In this document: piece after piece, positions 19,296 through 28,346 of the stretch
How positions within the stretch are numbered: position 1 is the first letter of the stretch
How the letters are laid out: every line of letters begins with the position of its first letter
DNA from: Gemmatimonadota bacterium
Lineage (GTDB): Bacteria; Latescibacterota; UBA2968; UBA8231
Length of the DNA: 46,584 nt
Assembly: GCA_038153405.1 (NCBI GenBank)
Contig: JAYOYH010000014.1
Span: 55,680 to 102,263, forward strand
Direction: 5' to 3'
Program-made: the position numbers and the translations under genes
The notes under the pieces: generated by a model
Database searches by the model: none
What the model saw: the letters and a program-made list of their open reading frames with translations, nothing else
What the model was told of the DNA's origin: nothing

Positions 19296-19757
19296 TTATT
19301 CTTGCGCAATCAGCGCCTTGACCTGTGCCCAGCCCACTGCTTCTACCGCCGTGGGTACGGGCGGCGGCGGCGGCGGTGGCGTGCTTTCGGCATCCCAAGG
19401 AAGAAAGAGTTCGCCCTCTGGATTGGCATCACCCTGCAGCCAAGTCCCATCCGAATCACCCAGTTCTTGTCCATTTGTAGCGCCGTCGCCATCGGCATCG
19501 AGCGACGCCAGCTCCGGTCCCCACAGGACGACGCCGGCAAAGCCGGACTGCGAGAGAAAGTCTGCTTCGATCTGCAGACCAAACGCGTTGCGGGCGCCGC
19601 CGCCGCCGGCATTGGCATGGCACATAGCACAGCCCAACACCGTGCCGTTGGGCACCTGTCTCGTGCGCGCAGATCGCGCATCTGCCGGCAAAGCAACTAC
19701 ACTGGTCAGCATCAGCGCGGCCGATAGGAAAGCTCCTATTTTCTCTATTGCGCTCAT
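19296..19757 (-). CDS. Secreted protein with CXXCH motif, temptin-like domain, poly-Pro linker and conserved C-terminal tail
   Basis: AAGGAGG RBS; signal peptide ending ALPADA; VPNG, CAMCH, GGGGARNAFG, DADGDGATNGQELGD, PPPPPPP, PTAVEAVGWAQVKAL. Confidence 0.8.
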   Translation of the reverse strand: MSAIEKIGAFLSAALMLTSVVALPADARSARTRQVPNGTVLGCAMCHANAGGGGARNAFGLQIEADFLSQSGFAGVVLWGPELASLDADGDGATNGQELGDSDGTWLQGDANPEGELFLPWDAESTPPPPPPPVPTAVEAVGWAQVKALIAQE

Positions 19758-19834
19758 TGAAAACCTCCTTGTTTCATTAAACTGAGTCGAGCAATCCGAC
19801 GCAGCGAATCATACATCGCTCAGTGAACTACGAC

Positions 19835-22800
19835 TCAAACGGTATCCGCTCGATTCGCGGTGCGCAGTTTCCACTCCTCTACCGCACAGTAGAGGACCGG
19901 CACGAGTTGCGCCGTTAGCACGACGGCAATCATACCGCCAACCGTAGGTATCGCCATAGGCACCAGGATATCGGCTCCGCGGCCGCTAGCCGATAACACG
20001 GGGACCAGTGCTATTATGGTCGTGGCGGCCGTCATCAGACAGGGGCGAATTCGCCGCAGGCCGGCCTCGAGCGCAGCAGCCTGCACCTGCTCTCGAGTAA
20101 CTGGCTTCCGTTCGGCAAAGACCTGGCGCAGGTAGGTAGCCATGACCACTCCGTTGTCTGAGGCTATACCAAAGAGCGCCAAGAATCCCACCCATACGGC
20201 CACGCTCAGGTTAACAGGCTCAATATTAAACAGTGCGCGCAGCGACGCGCCAAAGATCGAGCCGTCTAAAAACCAGCTTTGTCCGTATAACCACAGCAGC
20301 ATAAAACCACCGCCCCACGCCACAGCAATGCCCGAAAAGACCAACAGCGTTGTCGATATGCGCTTGAACTGCAAATAAAGTATCATAAAAATGAGCCAAA
20401 GCGCCAACGGCAGTACCACCTTTAGCTTTTTCTGTGCGCGCAGCTGATTCTGATAGCTGCCAGAAAAGCTAAAGCTGACGCCGGGCGGCACTTCTAACCT
20501 ACCGCTAGCGATTTCGCTCTGCAAGTATGCTTGGCACTGCTCGACCACATCGACTTCCGCCCTGCCCTCCTTCTTGTCAAACAGCACATAGCCCACCAAA
20601 AATCCATCCTCGCCTTTGATGACCTGCGGCCCACGAGCGTAGCGCACCTCTGCCAACTGGCTTAGGGGTATCTGAACTCCGCTGGGAGCCGGCACCAAAA
20701 TGCGTTCCAACCCCTCTATTGTATCGCGCAGTTCGCGCATATAGCGCACGCGCATTGCATAGCGTTGACGACCTTCAATGGTCGTGGCAATGCGCTTTCC
20801 ACCTATGGCAACTTCTATGACATCCTGCACCTTTTGCAGCATAATGCCGTAGCGGGCAATCGCACGTCGGTCGATGTGGATTTCCAGATAAGGTTTGCCG
20901 ATCATGCGGTCGGCATTGACCGCCGCCGCCTCTACAGACGGCACCTCCTTCAGGCGCTGCTCAAGCGCCAAAGCAAATCCCTCAATGGCCTCTAAGCTCG
21001 GTCCCTTTATCTCTATGCCCATCGGCGCGCGCATACCCGACTGCAGCATGACCATGCGCGCGGCTATCGGCTGCAGTTTAGGCGCTGAAGTCGAACCGGG
21101 TATCTGGCCGGCCCGAGCGATAGCCGCCCATATATCATCGGTTGTGCGCACGCCGTTCCACGCAGACCTACCCGGATTGAGCGACGGATCGAGCAACGGC
21201 CGCCACTGCCGAAATGGTCGACCGTCTTCGTCGGGTATCAGTTTACCCGCCTCGTCGCGTTGAAAGTGACCGAGCACGAGGTAGGGCAACCCATCTGGCG
21301 CCAGCGCCGTATCGCCTTCCGCCGTGCGGAACACATCGCTTTCCGCCTCGACAAAAGCAAAGCGGAGTCGACGCCCTTGCGCATCGAGCATATACTCAGA
21401 GCGGTACTGCACGACGGTTTCGATCATGGAAACAGGAGCCGGATCTAGCGGGGTTTCGGCGCGCCCCAGTTTGCCTACCACCAACTCAACTTCCGGAATC
21501 TGTGCGATAGCCCTGTCCTGCTTTTGTAATACATCCAGAGCCTCGCCGATGGAAGCGTGCGGCATAGTCGTCGGCATCCACAAAAAAGACCCTTCATCCA
21601 ACGCCGGCATAAACTCTTTACCGAAGCCGGGGAAGAGTTCAGCGACCCTAGTCATGGGGGCCGATTGGCGCACGCTGCTCGGCAGAAAATAAAATAGCGC
21701 GTCAAAGCCGAGCCACGCGATCCCACCCATTACAACGAGGAGAACGGGCGATAGAGACGATGTCCACTTATGATGTAAACACCAACTTAAGTAACGCGGA
21801 TAAACGCGCTGAAATCCCTTAAATAACAGCAAGAGCCCGCCGACCATGAGTGCGACAAATGCGATATTGCGCCAGCGCCCACCTTCGACGCCCAACGGCA
21901 GCCAGTGATGGGCCAGCACCCCAACCGATCCCAGCACAATAGCCCCTATGCACAGCACATCAACCGCACGGCGCGACGGAGCTGGTAGGTATTCGCGCAG
22001 CACCTGACACAGCGCAAAAGCGGTGACAAACGCGCCGAACCAGATGCTGTACAACACGCCAAACAGTACTCCGACCAGCGCGAGCAGCGCGCAGGCAAAA
22101 CGGCGCAGCATACCCGATGAAAGACGCACATCCAACAGAATGCTCAGCAGCGACGGCAGCACGCTCAGCGACAGCACAATAGATGCGAGTAGAGCAAAGG
22201 TCTTGGTATAGGCCAGCGGCTTAAAGAGTTTGCCCTCAGCACCCTCCATGGCAAAGACAGGTAAAAAGCTGATGATCGTCGTCAACACGGCCGTCAGCAC
22301 GGCGCCCGCCACTTCGCGCACAGCGCGAAAAATGACTTCCGGTCGCTCTTCGCCTTCGTCGGCTTCCTGCACGTGGCGCAAGACATTCTCGCAAACGACA
22401 ATGCCGACGTCTACCATTGTGCCGATGGCGATGGCAATGCCCGATAGGGCGACGATATTGGCATCGACCCCAGCGGCCTTCATCACCACAAAACACAGCA
22501 ATACGGCGAGCGGCAGCAGGCCGGATATCAGCGCCGCGCTGCGCAGGTGTACGAGCAGCACGAGCACGACGATAACGGTAACCATAATCTCTTCGCTCAG
22601 CGCGGCTGCCAGCGTACCCAGCGTCTCTTTTATCAGGTGGCTACGGTCGTAAAAGGGCACAATCCGCACCTGACTAACGCGTCCATCGGCCAGCGTTTTT
22701 TGCGGAAGCCCAGGAGCAATTTCTTCAATTTTGCGCTTGACCGCTTCGATTGCCTTTAGCGGATTTTCGCCGTAGCGCACGACGACTACGCCGCCGACGA

Positions 22801-23728
22801 CTTCTGCTCCTCCTTTGTCGAGCGCACCGCGCCGCAGCGCAGGCCCTCGCTGCACGCGCGCCACGTTGCGCACGTAGATGGGCACATTGTCACGCGCCAA
22901 AATAACCGCGTCTTCTATATCGGCTAGCTCTTTGACAAAGCCGATGCCGCGAATCGCGTATTCGACGCGGTTGATTTCAATGGTGCGGGCGCCCACATCG
23001 CGATTAGCCATGCGCACTGCGTTAAAGACTTGGTCAATTGAAACACCGTATATGCGCATGGCGTCCGGGTCGACGTCGATTTGGTATTCCTGTACAAAAC
23101 CGCCCACCGAAGCAACCTCGCTCACGCCGTCGACGCCGAGCAGAGCATAGCGGACATGCCAATCTTGGATGCTGCGCAATTCGTGCAAATCCCAACCACC
23201 CGTTGGCTCACCGCGCTCGTCGTGCCCTTCCAGTGAATACCAAAAAACCTGTCCCAGTGCCGTGGCGTCCGGTCCGAGTGCTGGCTTCACGCCCACGGGC
23301 AGCGCATCGGCCGACAAACTGTTTATCTTCTCGAGTATGCGCGAACGCGCCCAGTAAAAGTCGACGTCTTCGTCAAAAATTGCGTAGACCGTAGAAAACC
23401 CAAACATCGAGTAACTGCGAACAGTGCGCACACCGGGCACGCCCATTAGCGCAACCGTCAGCGGATAGCTAATCTGATCTTCGACGTCCTGCGGTGAGCG
23501 CCCCGCCCACTCACTGAAAACGATCTGCTGGTTCTCGCCCACATCGGGTATGGCATCGACCGGCACCGGATCGCGCTCTAGCCCGTCGATCTCCCAGTCA
23601 AAGGGCGATACCGCAATGCCCCAAACGGCAATAAGCGCAGCGGCAGAAAGCACCGCGAACTTGTTCTCCAAGCAGAAGCGCAGCAAGGCATCCAGCCACG
23701 AGCGCTCTCCATCTCTCTCTCGTTGCAT
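19835..23728 (-). CDS. cusA: CusA/SilA-type heavy-metal RND permease (1297 aa)
   Basis: DAIPDVGENQQIV, GPDATALGQV, AIAIGTMVD; Met-triad equivalents FLWMP, APVSMIET and RMVML; start at ATG 23728 after an AGGGGG RBS. Confidence 0.92.
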   Translation of the reverse strand: MQRERDGERSWLDALLRFCLENKFAVLSAAALIAVWGIAVSPFDWEIDGLERDPVPVDAIPDVGENQQIVFSEWAGRSPQDVEDQISYPLTVALMGVPGVRTVRSYSMFGFSTVYAIFDEDVDFYWARSRILEKINSLSADALPVGVKPALGPDATALGQVFWYSLEGHDERGEPTGGWDLHELRSIQDWHVRYALLGVDGVSEVASVGGFVQEYQIDVDPDAMRIYGVSIDQVFNAVRMANRDVGARTIEINRVEYAIRGIGFVKELADIEDAVILARDNVPIYVRNVARVQRGPALRRGALDKGGAEVVGGVVVVRYGENPLKAIEAVKRKIEEIAPGLPQKTLADGRVSQVRIVPFYDRSHLIKETLGTLAAALSEEIMVTVIVVLVLLVHLRSAALISGLLPLAVLLCFVVMKAAGVDANIVALSGIAIAIGTMVDVGIVVCENVLRHVQEADEGEERPEVIFRAVREVAGAVLTAVLTTIISFLPVFAMEGAEGKLFKPLAYTKTFALLASIVLSLSVLPSLLSILLDVRLSSGMLRRFACALLALVGVLFGVLYSIWFGAFVTAFALCQVLREYLPAPSRRAVDVLCIGAIVLGSVGVLAHHWLPLGVEGGRWRNIAFVALMVGGLLLLFKGFQRVYPRYLSWCLHHKWTSSLSPVLLVVMGGIAWLGFDALFYFLPSSVRQSAPMTRVAELFPGFGKEFMPALDEGSFLWMPTTMPHASIGEALDVLQKQDRAIAQIPEVELVVGKLGRAETPLDPAPVSMIETVVQYRSEYMLDAQGRRLRFAFVEAESDVFRTAEGDTALAPDGLPYLVLGHFQRDEAGKLIPDEDGRPFRQWRPLLDPSLNPGRSAWNGVRTTDDIWAAIARAGQIPGSTSAPKLQPIAARMVMLQSGMRAPMGIEIKGPSLEAIEGFALALEQRLKEVPSVEAAAVNADRMIGKPYLEIHIDRRAIARYGIMLQKVQDVIEVAIGGKRIATTIEGRQRYAMRVRYMRELRDTIEGLERILVPAPSGVQIPLSQLAEVRYARGPQVIKGEDGFLVGYVLFDKKEGRAEVDVVEQCQAYLQSEIASGRLEVPPGVSFSFSGSYQNQLRAQKKLKVVLPLALWLIFMILYLQFKRISTTLLVFSGIAVAWGGGFMLLWLYGQSWFLDGSIFGASLRALFNIEPVNLSVAVWVGFLALFGIASDNGVVMATYLRQVFAERKPVTREQVQAAALEAGLRRIRPCLMTAATTIIALVPVLSASGRGADILVPMAIPTVGGMIAVVLTAQLVPVLYCAVEEWKLRTANRADTV

Positions 23729-23738
23729 GAGTCGCCCC

Positions 23739-25658
23739 CTATTCCCGCGCGCCGGCAAAGAGCCGCTGTTGACTGCCACAGCGCAGCATCGCCGCGCCAA
23801 AGTAGGGATTGGCCACATGCCCCGACTCCTGTATCCACGACGCCCCCGCACCGTCGAATGCCATTGGACAGTAGTAGAGGCCGAGACCACGGGTCGCACC
23901 TGCTCCGTCGCTATCGGCCACGGCCAACAGCGCGTTAGAAAGACTCAGAAACGCCGCGCGCGCTGCGCTTATATCGGCCGCATTTATCAGGACCAACGCC
24001 GCGCTGTCGAGTTTGGCCGACGCCGCGCCCCATTGCGCCTGCAGTGAACCCGGCAGCGCTGTCTCAACCATCTCGCTCAGCGCTGCGCGCACGTGCTCTG
24101 CACCGACCAGAGCCGCGCTGAGTTGGTCGGTGCTCAGCCCTTGCTGTACGGCGAGATAGGCGGAAAAAATGCGGGGAAGCGCAGACGGTCGCTCTTTGCC
24201 TGCGTCCCCATGATCGTGGACGGTTGCGGTATTTTGGCGAACTGGATTCATCATGCTGGGCTTGGCCTGGATCTGCAGAGCGCTGTCGATTTTGAACGCG
24301 CCGTTAACGACGACCTGTTCCCCTTCGCGCAGACCCGATCGAACGATATAATAATTGCCTGCGCGCGGTCCCAACTCTACTTCGCGGCCCTCAAAATGAC
24401 CCGCCTTGCCCGGCACGGCCACATAGACAACGGCGCGCTTGCCGGTAATGAGCGGTGCGGTAGCCGGCAGCAGAAGCGGCGCCTGCGCGTCGGCTACCGC
24501 ACCACCTGCATAGCCCAGCGTTTCCGCGCGTACTAGCGCCATGCCGCATACATCGCACGTACCGGACGCGTCTTTGACTATCTCCGGGTGCATTGGACTG
24601 ATCCACTTGCCCGCTAGCGACTCGTCGATGACCCGCCCACCTGCCACGGCGCGCGCGCGCGCTGTGGCGCGCACCAGCATGCCCGGCTTGAGGCGACCGT
24701 CCCCATTGGGCACGTTTACGCGCACGGCGACTGTCCGCGTCGTTTCGTCGAGGATTGGATCGATAAAAGCGATGCGCCCACTAAAGCGCTCACCCGGATG
24801 CGAATCGGTTATAAACTCAATCGATTGCCCATAGTGTATCCACCGCAGATCGGATTCATACGCTTCCAGCGTTAACCACAAGCTCGACAAATCGGCGATC
24901 GTATAGATGCGCTCACCCGTCTTCACATAAGCTCCTTGGCCGACGTGGCGTTCAACGACGACGCCGCTGGACGGCGCGTATATCGTCAGGCGATCTGAAG
25001 GTATGCGCGCACTTTCGATACGCGCCACTTGGTGCGAGGTCAAGCCCCACAGCCGCAGCCTCTGCCTAGCCGATTCAATCGTCGATGCAGCAGTCTGGCG
25101 CAGCGACGGCACGGCTCTCTCGCCCAACGCGTCCAATGCGTGCAAAGCCTGTACTAATTCCTGCTGCGCCGTAAGCAGTTCGGGACTATAGAGGTACACC
25201 ATATGATCACCCTCGTTGACCTGCACGCCGGTGTAGTCGACATAGAGGCGGTCGATCCGACCGGGCACCCAAGCCGATATATCGCGAAGACGGGTCTCGT
25301 CTATGGCTACCTTGCCGACCATGCGCGTCTCCACATCGGCAAAGCGGCGTTCCACGACAGCGACCTGCACCTCGGCCAACTTCTGTGCCGCTTCCGACAA
25401 GGCCAGCTCTCGCGGGCCCAGTTCAGTGCCAGCATCGGTGGAGACGACGACCAACTCCATCGCGCAGATCGGACACAGCCCCGCCTTATTCTGGCGAATC
25501 TGCGGATGCATGGAACACGTCCATACCTGTGCAGGCGATTCGCTCTTTATCTGAACGCGTTCCGCACCGCTGTTATCCGCGCCAAACTCTGCGCCAATAG
25601 ACCACCCCAATCCCAGCGCCACAATACCTACACACGCTAGCTTTATCCTGCTATTCAT
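23739..25658 (-). CDS. cusB: CusB-type RND membrane-fusion protein with two heavy-metal-binding domains and a DUF3347-like C-terminus
   Basis: WTCSMHPQI..CPICAMELV, YSPELLTAQQE, WISPMHPEI..CDVCGMALV, YYCPMAF..W....NPYFGAAMLRCG. Confidence 0.88.
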   Translation of the reverse strand: MNSRIKLACVGIVALGLGWSIGAEFGADNSGAERVQIKSESPAQVWTCSMHPQIRQNKAGLCPICAMELVVVSTDAGTELGPRELALSEAAQKLAEVQVAVVERRFADVETRMVGKVAIDETRLRDISAWVPGRIDRLYVDYTGVQVNEGDHMVYLYSPELLTAQQELVQALHALDALGERAVPSLRQTAASTIESARQRLRLWGLTSHQVARIESARIPSDRLTIYAPSSGVVVERHVGQGAYVKTGERIYTIADLSSLWLTLEAYESDLRWIHYGQSIEFITDSHPGERFSGRIAFIDPILDETTRTVAVRVNVPNGDGRLKPGMLVRATARARAVAGGRVIDESLAGKWISPMHPEIVKDASGTCDVCGMALVRAETLGYAGGAVADAQAPLLLPATAPLITGKRAVVYVAVPGKAGHFEGREVELGPRAGNYYIVRSGLREGEQVVVNGAFKIDSALQIQAKPSMMNPVRQNTATVHDHGDAGKERPSALPRIFSAYLAVQQGLSTDQLSAALVGAEHVRAALSEMVETALPGSLQAQWGAASAKLDSAALVLINAADISAARAAFLSLSNALLAVADSDGAGATRGLGLYYCPMAFDGAGASWIQESGHVANPYFGAAMLRCGSQQRLFAGARE

Positions 25659-26997
25659 TGCTCAATAGCTCCCTCTCAATGGCGCTGCGACTAGGCAAGC
25701 GCCGTCCTACAAGTCGCTCGATACGCGCCATCTGACGCGCGCCATCCACGCATGCTCTTTCATACGCTAACTGTAACTCTAACAACGTGCGCTGAACGTC
25801 GATCAATTCAAAAAAGCTACTGCGACCCGCGGCAAAACCCTGCTGAGCCACGTTGAGCGACTGCTCTGCCTTAGGTAACAGGTTGTCGCGATAGAGCACT
25901 GCTCTGCGCTGGCTTTCGCGCCACTGGAACAGCGCGTCTTCCAGATCGGCCAATAGCGCAATCTCCCCGTCGCGCAGAGCACTGCGCGCTGCCTGCAAGT
26001 GCGCCGTTGCCGCGTCGCTCTTGCCGCGGTATTTCCCGCGCCACAGCGGCACGCTGACCGACGCCATAACCACTAGGGGATCGCTACCGCTTTGCGCACC
26101 CGCAGCCTCGCGCTCGCCCGTGCGCAGGTAGTCCAAGCCCACCATCAGATTGGGACGACCTTCTTTTGCTGCCAACTCGACTGCATACTGGGCGCGCTCT
26201 ACCGCTGCGCGCAGCATCTGCACGTTCGGGTTGTTCCCCAGCGCGCGCGCGCGCAGTGAATCCGCATCGAAGTGCGCCGTTTGGGGAGAGTCAACGGCTG
26301 CAACTGCCAATCCAGGTCGACGCCCTAACAGCGCATTGAGTCGCGCGGCAGCAGGACGCAACCCGTCGCGCAGCGAACCAAGATGATCTTCCAGCTTGCC
26401 CAGTTCGACCTGCACCTTGATAAGCGCACCGTGCTCATCGCCACCGCTTCGAAAGCGAGACCGAACGACTTCTTCCAAGTAGGCGACCAGCTGCATATTG
26501 CCTTCCGTCACTGCGATGGCGCGCTCCATATAGTAGTAGCCGAAATAGGCATCAACTACTTGTGCAGCCAGTTCGGCACGCCGGTCTTCGTAACGCCATT
26601 GAGCGATCTCAGCCGCGACCAGCGCCGCGCGCTGCCGCACATTCAGTTCGTCGGGCCAGGGAATGGGCTGCGCCACTCCCAGTCGCTGCTGCTGAGGGCC
26701 AACCCGCGTTTCGACAGGACGCAGAAAATGGCCGAACGTCAGCGTTGGATCGGGCCAGGAGCGCGCTGGGACGACCTCGTCCAATGCCGCTTTCCAACGC
26801 CATAGCATCGCTTCGACGTCTGGGTTGTAAAGCTGTGCGTAAAGCACGTAGCGATGCAGCGGCGCATCCGCATCGAGAAAGGCCGGAGTCGCTTGGGTGA
26901 TACGCTCACGCTGCCAGCGTTCCCAAGCCATATCCTCCGCGCACAGGGGGCGCATTGACAGCAGAGAAACGGTAGCAAAAATCGCGTACTTCATCAT
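25651..26997 (-). CDS. TolC/CusC family outer-membrane efflux protein
   Basis: Two OEP repeats (WPDPTL..QPIPW; PNL..SVPLW), ELIDVQRTLL; overlaps the cusB start. Confidence 0.87.
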   Translation of the reverse strand: MMKYAIFATVSLLSMRPLCAEDMAWERWQRERITQATPAFLDADAPLHRYVLYAQLYNPDVEAMLWRWKAALDEVVPARSWPDPTLTFGHFLRPVETRVGPQQQRLGVAQPIPWPDELNVRQRAALVAAEIAQWRYEDRRAELAAQVVDAYFGYYYMERAIAVTEGNMQLVAYLEEVVRSRFRSGGDEHGALIKVQVELGKLEDHLGSLRDGLRPAAARLNALLGRRPGLAVAAVDSPQTAHFDADSLRARALGNNPNVQMLRAAVERAQYAVELAAKEGRPNLMVGLDYLRTGEREAAGAQSGSDPLVVMASVSVPLWRGKYRGKSDAATAHLQAARSALRDGEIALLADLEDALFQWRESQRRAVLYRDNLLPKAEQSLNVAQQGFAAGRSSFFELIDVQRTLLELQLAYERACVDGARQMARIERLVGRRLPSRSAIERELLSNE

Positions 26998-27161
26998 AGG
27001 TTAGTTCCCGTTTTACAAGCATGTAGTAGGCGCTATGCCGTAATTGTATCAGCGCAGCGCGTATCGGATCGAACGCGTACTGACGCAGCGCGCACGGGCA
27101 AACGCCTAGCAGGAACGATCGACGAATAGCAAAAAAACCAGCGAGAAATTCGGGGATACGA

Positions 27162-27521
27162 TCAGATGAGTAGCGAACAGTAGAGCTGAAACAAGGGGTG
27201 TGGAACTGAAGGAGTCGCGGCAATCGGCTTTTCCACCCGAACGCCCGGCTGCAGCACGGTCAGCACCTGCTTTATTGCAGGCTGCCACTGCACGTCGTGC
27301 GCTATCTCGACAGCCGCAAGCGACGGCGCGTCTGCTTCGACCTCACCGCACACCATTGCCCCGCAGCAGCAGGGCACACCGATGGTCACATCGGCTCCCG
27401 CATGGCATGCCATAGGTTGCGGTGCGGCGGCGCACGGCGCACACAGCGCAGCCCAGCCGCTGCCATGCGCAACGAACAGCGCAAGAAGCAGAACATGCAG
27501 TAGGACGCGACGTTTTTTCAT
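27162..27521 (-). CDS. Small Cys-rich exported/membrane protein upstream of the cus operon (putative leader)
   Basis: 119 aa; MKKRR plus hydrophobic segment, CAPC, MACH, CCC, C-terminal PHPLFQLYCSLLI. Confidence 0.7.
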   Translation of the reverse strand: MKKRRVLLHVLLLALFVAHGSGWAALCAPCAAAPQPMACHAGADVTIGVPCCCGAMVCGEVEADAPSLAAVEIAHDVQWQPAIKQVLTVLQPGVRVEKPIAATPSVPHPLFQLYCSLLI

Positions 27522-27642
27522 GGCCAAATCCGCGCGTGCCAGCGGCACGCAATCCAACGGAGTAGGTCTCGAGCACGCATCGTTACTAGCGCACACGACG
27601 TTTGCCCTAGAAGTATAAACAAAATTCTCCCATTGCGCCGTC

Positions 27643-28341
27643 TCAATAGACCCAGAGCACGCGCAGACCCCAGCGTCCATCGAGTCTCGTTGGCGCAACG
27701 ACCACGGCGCCGCGGGGCGGCGTGCGCGCCGTTACCCAGCCAGCCAGCGCGCCCAATCCCGCGCCGGCAACCACATCCGACGCGTAGTGGTGTCGGTCGT
27801 GAACGCGCGCCACGGGCACCAGTGCCGCCAACGCATAGGCGGGAACGGCAGCGCGCCGACCATAGCGGCGCGCCAGTGTCGTGGCGATGGCAAAGGCATT
27901 GGCCGAGTGACCGGAGGGAAAGGATAGGTGATTACTACTGTCCGGACGCTGGCGACGAATAGCTATCTTAAGCGGGGCCACCATGGCATTAGCAAGTATC
28001 AATGCGCGCAGCATCTGCGACGATGCGACAACCGTTTCTCTCGATCCCCAACCGTGCGCAACGGCGCGAAAAACCGCAGCCGTGGAAAGCGCATAGGCCG
28101 AGCCCAAATAGGCATTGCCGGCATCGAGGAGTGGTTTGACATAGGTGTTATCCAGCCGACCACTGAGATGCTGGTCGAGCGGATAGACCAGCAGCGCACC
28201 ACCCAGTGCCGCACCCGCCCAAGCCAGGGAAGCGGGTTCCCTCAGGGCGCGCATATCCGCGCGCAGCAGCTGCCAGTCCGACGTCCCATGTAGCGTTGTG
28301 CATGTCAGCAACACCCATGCACAACAGCGCAGCCAACGCAT
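27643..28341 (-). CDS. PAP2 family phosphatase
   Basis: C1 KIAIRRQRP, C2 SFPSGH, C3 ARVHDRHHYASD; signal-like N-terminus. Confidence 0.88.
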   Translation of the reverse strand: MRWLRCCAWVLLTCTTLHGTSDWQLLRADMRALREPASLAWAGAALGGALLVYPLDQHLSGRLDNTYVKPLLDAGNAYLGSAYALSTAAVFRAVAHGWGSRETVVASSQMLRALILANAMVAPLKIAIRRQRPDSSNHLSFPSGHSANAFAIATTLARRYGRRAAVPAYALAALVPVARVHDRHHYASDVVAGAGLGALAGWVTARTPPRGAVVVAPTRLDGRWGLRVLWVY

Positions 28342-28346
28342 GCGAC

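Noticed and set aside
23729..23899. Longer cusA start given by the ORF track
   Set aside because: Overlaps the cusB 3' end; ATG 23728 has an RBS and a typical N-terminus
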